Virus record (IMG/VR): IMGVR_UViG_3300027782_003987
Location: 1-27,068 of that record
Strand: one strand, 5' to 3'
Source: a virus
Taxonomy: Duplodnaviria > Heunggongvirae > Uroviricota > Caudoviricetes
Length of the DNA: 27,068 nucleotides
Shown here one piece after another: positions 24,700 through 27,068 of this stretch; position 1 is the first letter of the stretch; every line of letters begins with the position of its first letter. Position numbers and translations under genes: made by a program. The notes below the pieces were generated by a model. That model was given only the letters and a program-made list of their open reading frames with translations. It searched no databases and had not been told where the DNA came from.

Positions 24700-27068
24700 T
24701 GGCCACCACAAGAACCGTAGATTTTCTACCACCGATTTTTCAAACCAGCACCAACAGACAGTTTTTGGCAGCTACCTTGGACCAATTGGTTCAAGAACCT
24801 GAATTCAAAAAAACACAGGGTTATGTTGGAAGACGAATTGGGCCAGGTGTAAATCCCAATAATTACTATGTGGTAGAACCCACAGCTGAAAGAGCAAACT
24901 ATCAACTTGAACCTGGTGTAGTCAGCTTGGTTCCTGATACCGGCACTATCGCTGATGCGATCACTTATCCGGGCATAACTGATGCATTAGCACGTCAAGG
25001 TGCATTTACAGATAATTCTGCAAGGTTGTATACCAGTGATTACTACTCATGGGATCCTTTTGTAAGTCTTGACAAGTTTTCAAACTACAGTCAATATTAT
25101 TGGCTGCCCGGTGGACCACCATCTGTGATCGTGAGCGCAACTACCGTTCCCACCACAGGAACTTTTGATGTCACTAGGTCTGATACCGGTTATGAATTTT
25201 CAACCATATCTGGCAACAATCCTGCTCTAACATTAGTTCGTGGTGGTAATTATAAATTCTCAGTGAATCAAGCACCCAACCAGTTCTGGATACAGTCTGA
25301 GCCTGGAGTCAACGGGCGTTTATCATATTCTCCTAACATCAGTTCGAGAGATGTTTATGGAGTCACTAACAATGGTGAAGACTCTGGCACAGTGAGCTTT
25401 GATGTTCCTGACAAGAATGCCCAGCAGTTTTATTATGATCTACCACTGATAGACACAGTTCCTACACTAGGGCAAGTGGATTTATTAACCACTACTTTGC
25501 AATTTGATCAAGTCAATAATATATTGTTATCGGTATTCTTGGATCAAAATCCCAATGGTATCGACGGCATCACCAATCTTAACGGCCGCACCTTGGTTTT
25601 CACAAACACCATAACGGACCCGCAAGATGGTGGATGGTTAATCACGACACAATTTGATCCGTTGTTGGAAATACCAAGTCAGAATGGATTACCAGGAAGT
25701 TATGATAATCTAACCTACGACCAGACCACACCTATCACGAATGTTAACACCAGATACAGCGTATGGTTGATACAATATCAATATACTACCAGCGGCGAGG
25801 TCATACTCAATTTAACGTCTGTGACTCAGTGTCCAAATCTTAGCAAGTTCACTGTGATATTTGGCGCTGAATGGAGCGGCACTCAATGGTATCGTAATGC
25901 TGAAGGTTACTTTGAACAAATACCTTTGCTGACTGCGGTTCAGGATCTGCTGTGGTATCAAGATGGATCCAACCCAGACATATTTGGGCAGATCCGACTG
26001 GTAACTCAAGACAACTCTGAATTTATCAATGTGGTCACTGATATCTTGGGCAAGAAAACATACACATCCCCGAATGGAGTAGTGTTTACTAACAATCTCA
26101 AAATCACATTTGAAGGCACCGTGGTTCCTTCGAGCTATCAGAGCCAAACCTACTATGTTGCAGGAGTTGGCACAGCTATACAACTATTGCCGGTAACTGA
26201 TTATGTCACACCAGAGATCGTAAGAACTGCTACTTTACCTTGGGACTTTGTGCCTTGGGATACCAGTAACTGGGATGGCACGTTGAATGAACCGTTGGAT
26301 CTTGATTATATCACTATAGCACTAGATAGTCCTGACCTCAATGCATGGACACGATCAAATCGTTGGTTCCATGTTGACGTAATAAATGCCGCAGCCACTT
26401 ACAATAACACCACAGCCGTGTTAGATAATAGGTTCCGCGCTAAACGTCCTATCATAGAGTTCCGTGGCGGTATACGATTATACACTATGGGGACCCAGGC
26501 CAAGGAACCAATAGATGTTATCGATCTCAATCAAACCGATGCATTATCAAAGGTTAATGGCCGAACTGGATATTACATAGATGGATATGAATTGCAACAA
26601 GGTAGCAGAGTTATCTTTGCACGTGATTCAGATCCGCAGGTGCGCGACAAAATCTATGTGGTCAACTTTATCAGTCCAGCCTCTGATGAATTGAATGACA
26701 GCACATTAAAATACGTACAACCTGTTATTGATCTTGTTCTTGCATCGGACGCTGAATCATTGATAGATCAATGTGTGGTATGTCTTAGTGGTAATACATT
26801 GCAAGGTGTGACCTTCTATTATGATGGTGTGCAGTGGATACAAGCACAGCAAAAGACATCTGTTAATCAAACACCTATGTTTGATGTGTATGATCTAAAT
26901 GGATACAGCTTGGGCAATAGCGCAGTATATCCTAGTTCCACTTTTAGAATAACTAAAAATAATCTTGGCACTATCGTTGGCGGTAGTGCATTGTTTAGCT
27001 ATGCTCTGGGTACCAGTGGCATACAGGATACTGTGTTGGGATTTCCACTGAGATATCTCAGCTTGAAC
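24699..27068 (+). CDS. Very large baseplate wedge protein (gp7-position), 3' truncated
   Basis: Missing from the ORF track because no stop lies in the window. TAATG overlap with gp6. Starts MATTRTVDFLPPIFQT; spot-translated stretches stay in frame (FVSLDKFSNYSQYYWLP, DYITI...NAWTRSNRWFH) to FPLRYLSLN at the edge, spanning 790 codons. Confidence 0.85.
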   Translation, partial: MATTRTVDFLPPIFQTSTNRQFLAATLDQLVQEPEFKKTQGYVGRRIGPGVNPNNYYVVEPTAERANYQLEPGVVSLVPDTGTIADAITYPGITDALARQGAFTDNSARLYTSDYYSWDPFVSLDKFSNYSQYYWLPGGPPSVIVSATTVPTTGTFDVTRSDTGYEFSTISGNNPALTLVRGGNYKFSVNQAPNQFWIQSEPGVNGRLSYSPNISSRDVYGVTNNGEDSGTVSFDVPDKNAQQFYYDLPLIDTVPTLGQVDLLTTTLQFDQVNNILLSVFLDQNPNGIDGITNLNGRTLVFTNTITDPQDGGWLITTQFDPLLEIPSQNGLPGSYDNLTYDQTTPITNVNTRYSVWLIQYQYTTSGEVILNLTSVTQCPNLSKFTVIFGAEWSGTQWYRNAEGYFEQIPLLTAVQDLLWYQDGSNPDIFGQIRLVTQDNSEFINVVTDILGKKTYTSPNGVVFTNNLKITFEGTVVPSSYQSQTYYVAGVGTAIQLLPVTDYVTPEIVRTATLPWDFVPWDTSNWDGTLNEPLDLDYITIALDSPDLNAWTRSNRWFHVDVINAAATYNNTTAVLDNRFRAKRPIIEFRGGIRLYTMGTQAKEPIDVIDLNQTDALSKVNGRTGYYIDGYELQQGSRVIFARDSDPQVRDKIYVVNFISPASDELNDSTLKYVQPVIDLVLASDAESLIDQCVVCLSGNTLQGVTFYYDGVQWIQAQQKTSVNQTPMFDVYDLNGYSLGNSAVYPSSTFRITKNNLGTIVGGSALFSYALGTSGIQDTVLGFPLRYLSLN

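Noticed and set aside
1-27068. Genome-wide stop-codon reassignment
   Set aside because: TAA, TAG (gp47, gp55) and TGA (gp46, gp26, spike) all end genes at sensible boundaries, and core genes are intact under code 11.
1-27068. CRISPR array, tRNA genes, reverse transcriptase/retron, transposase or intein
   Set aside because: No repeat-spacer periodicity, cloverleaf, YxDD-type RT context, transposase motifs or intein splice motifs were seen by eye.

Overview
The window comes from a large T4-like myovirus (jumbo-type, standard code 11) and covers morphogenesis and late-transcription genes. Minus strand, from the left end: a truncated small gene, gp20-like portal and a tape-measure-like gene. Divergent on the plus strand: a gp26-like chaperone and a short ORF in its -1 frame. 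Next is a ~400 nt hairpin-dense non-coding stretch. Then a minus-strand block: GIY-YIG nuclease, radical SAM, gp46, an AT-rich insert, gp47 and gp55 late sigma. The rest is a plus-strand baseplate operon: cupin, tube-initiator-like, gp53-like, a hub split into two in-frame ORFs, gp5-like spike, lysozyme-like, gp25, gp6 and a giant wedge protein that runs off the window. Best leads: (1) a T_TTT_TTC slippery site that would fuse the chaperone to the next ORF, like lambda G/GT; (2) the structured element starting at the GIY-YIG stop codon, ending in two GC-GNA-GC mini-hairpins; (3) the in-frame hub split; (4) promoter motifs 4-7 nt from start codons, implying leaderless mRNAs. All family assignments come from reading motifs by eye; no database search was run.
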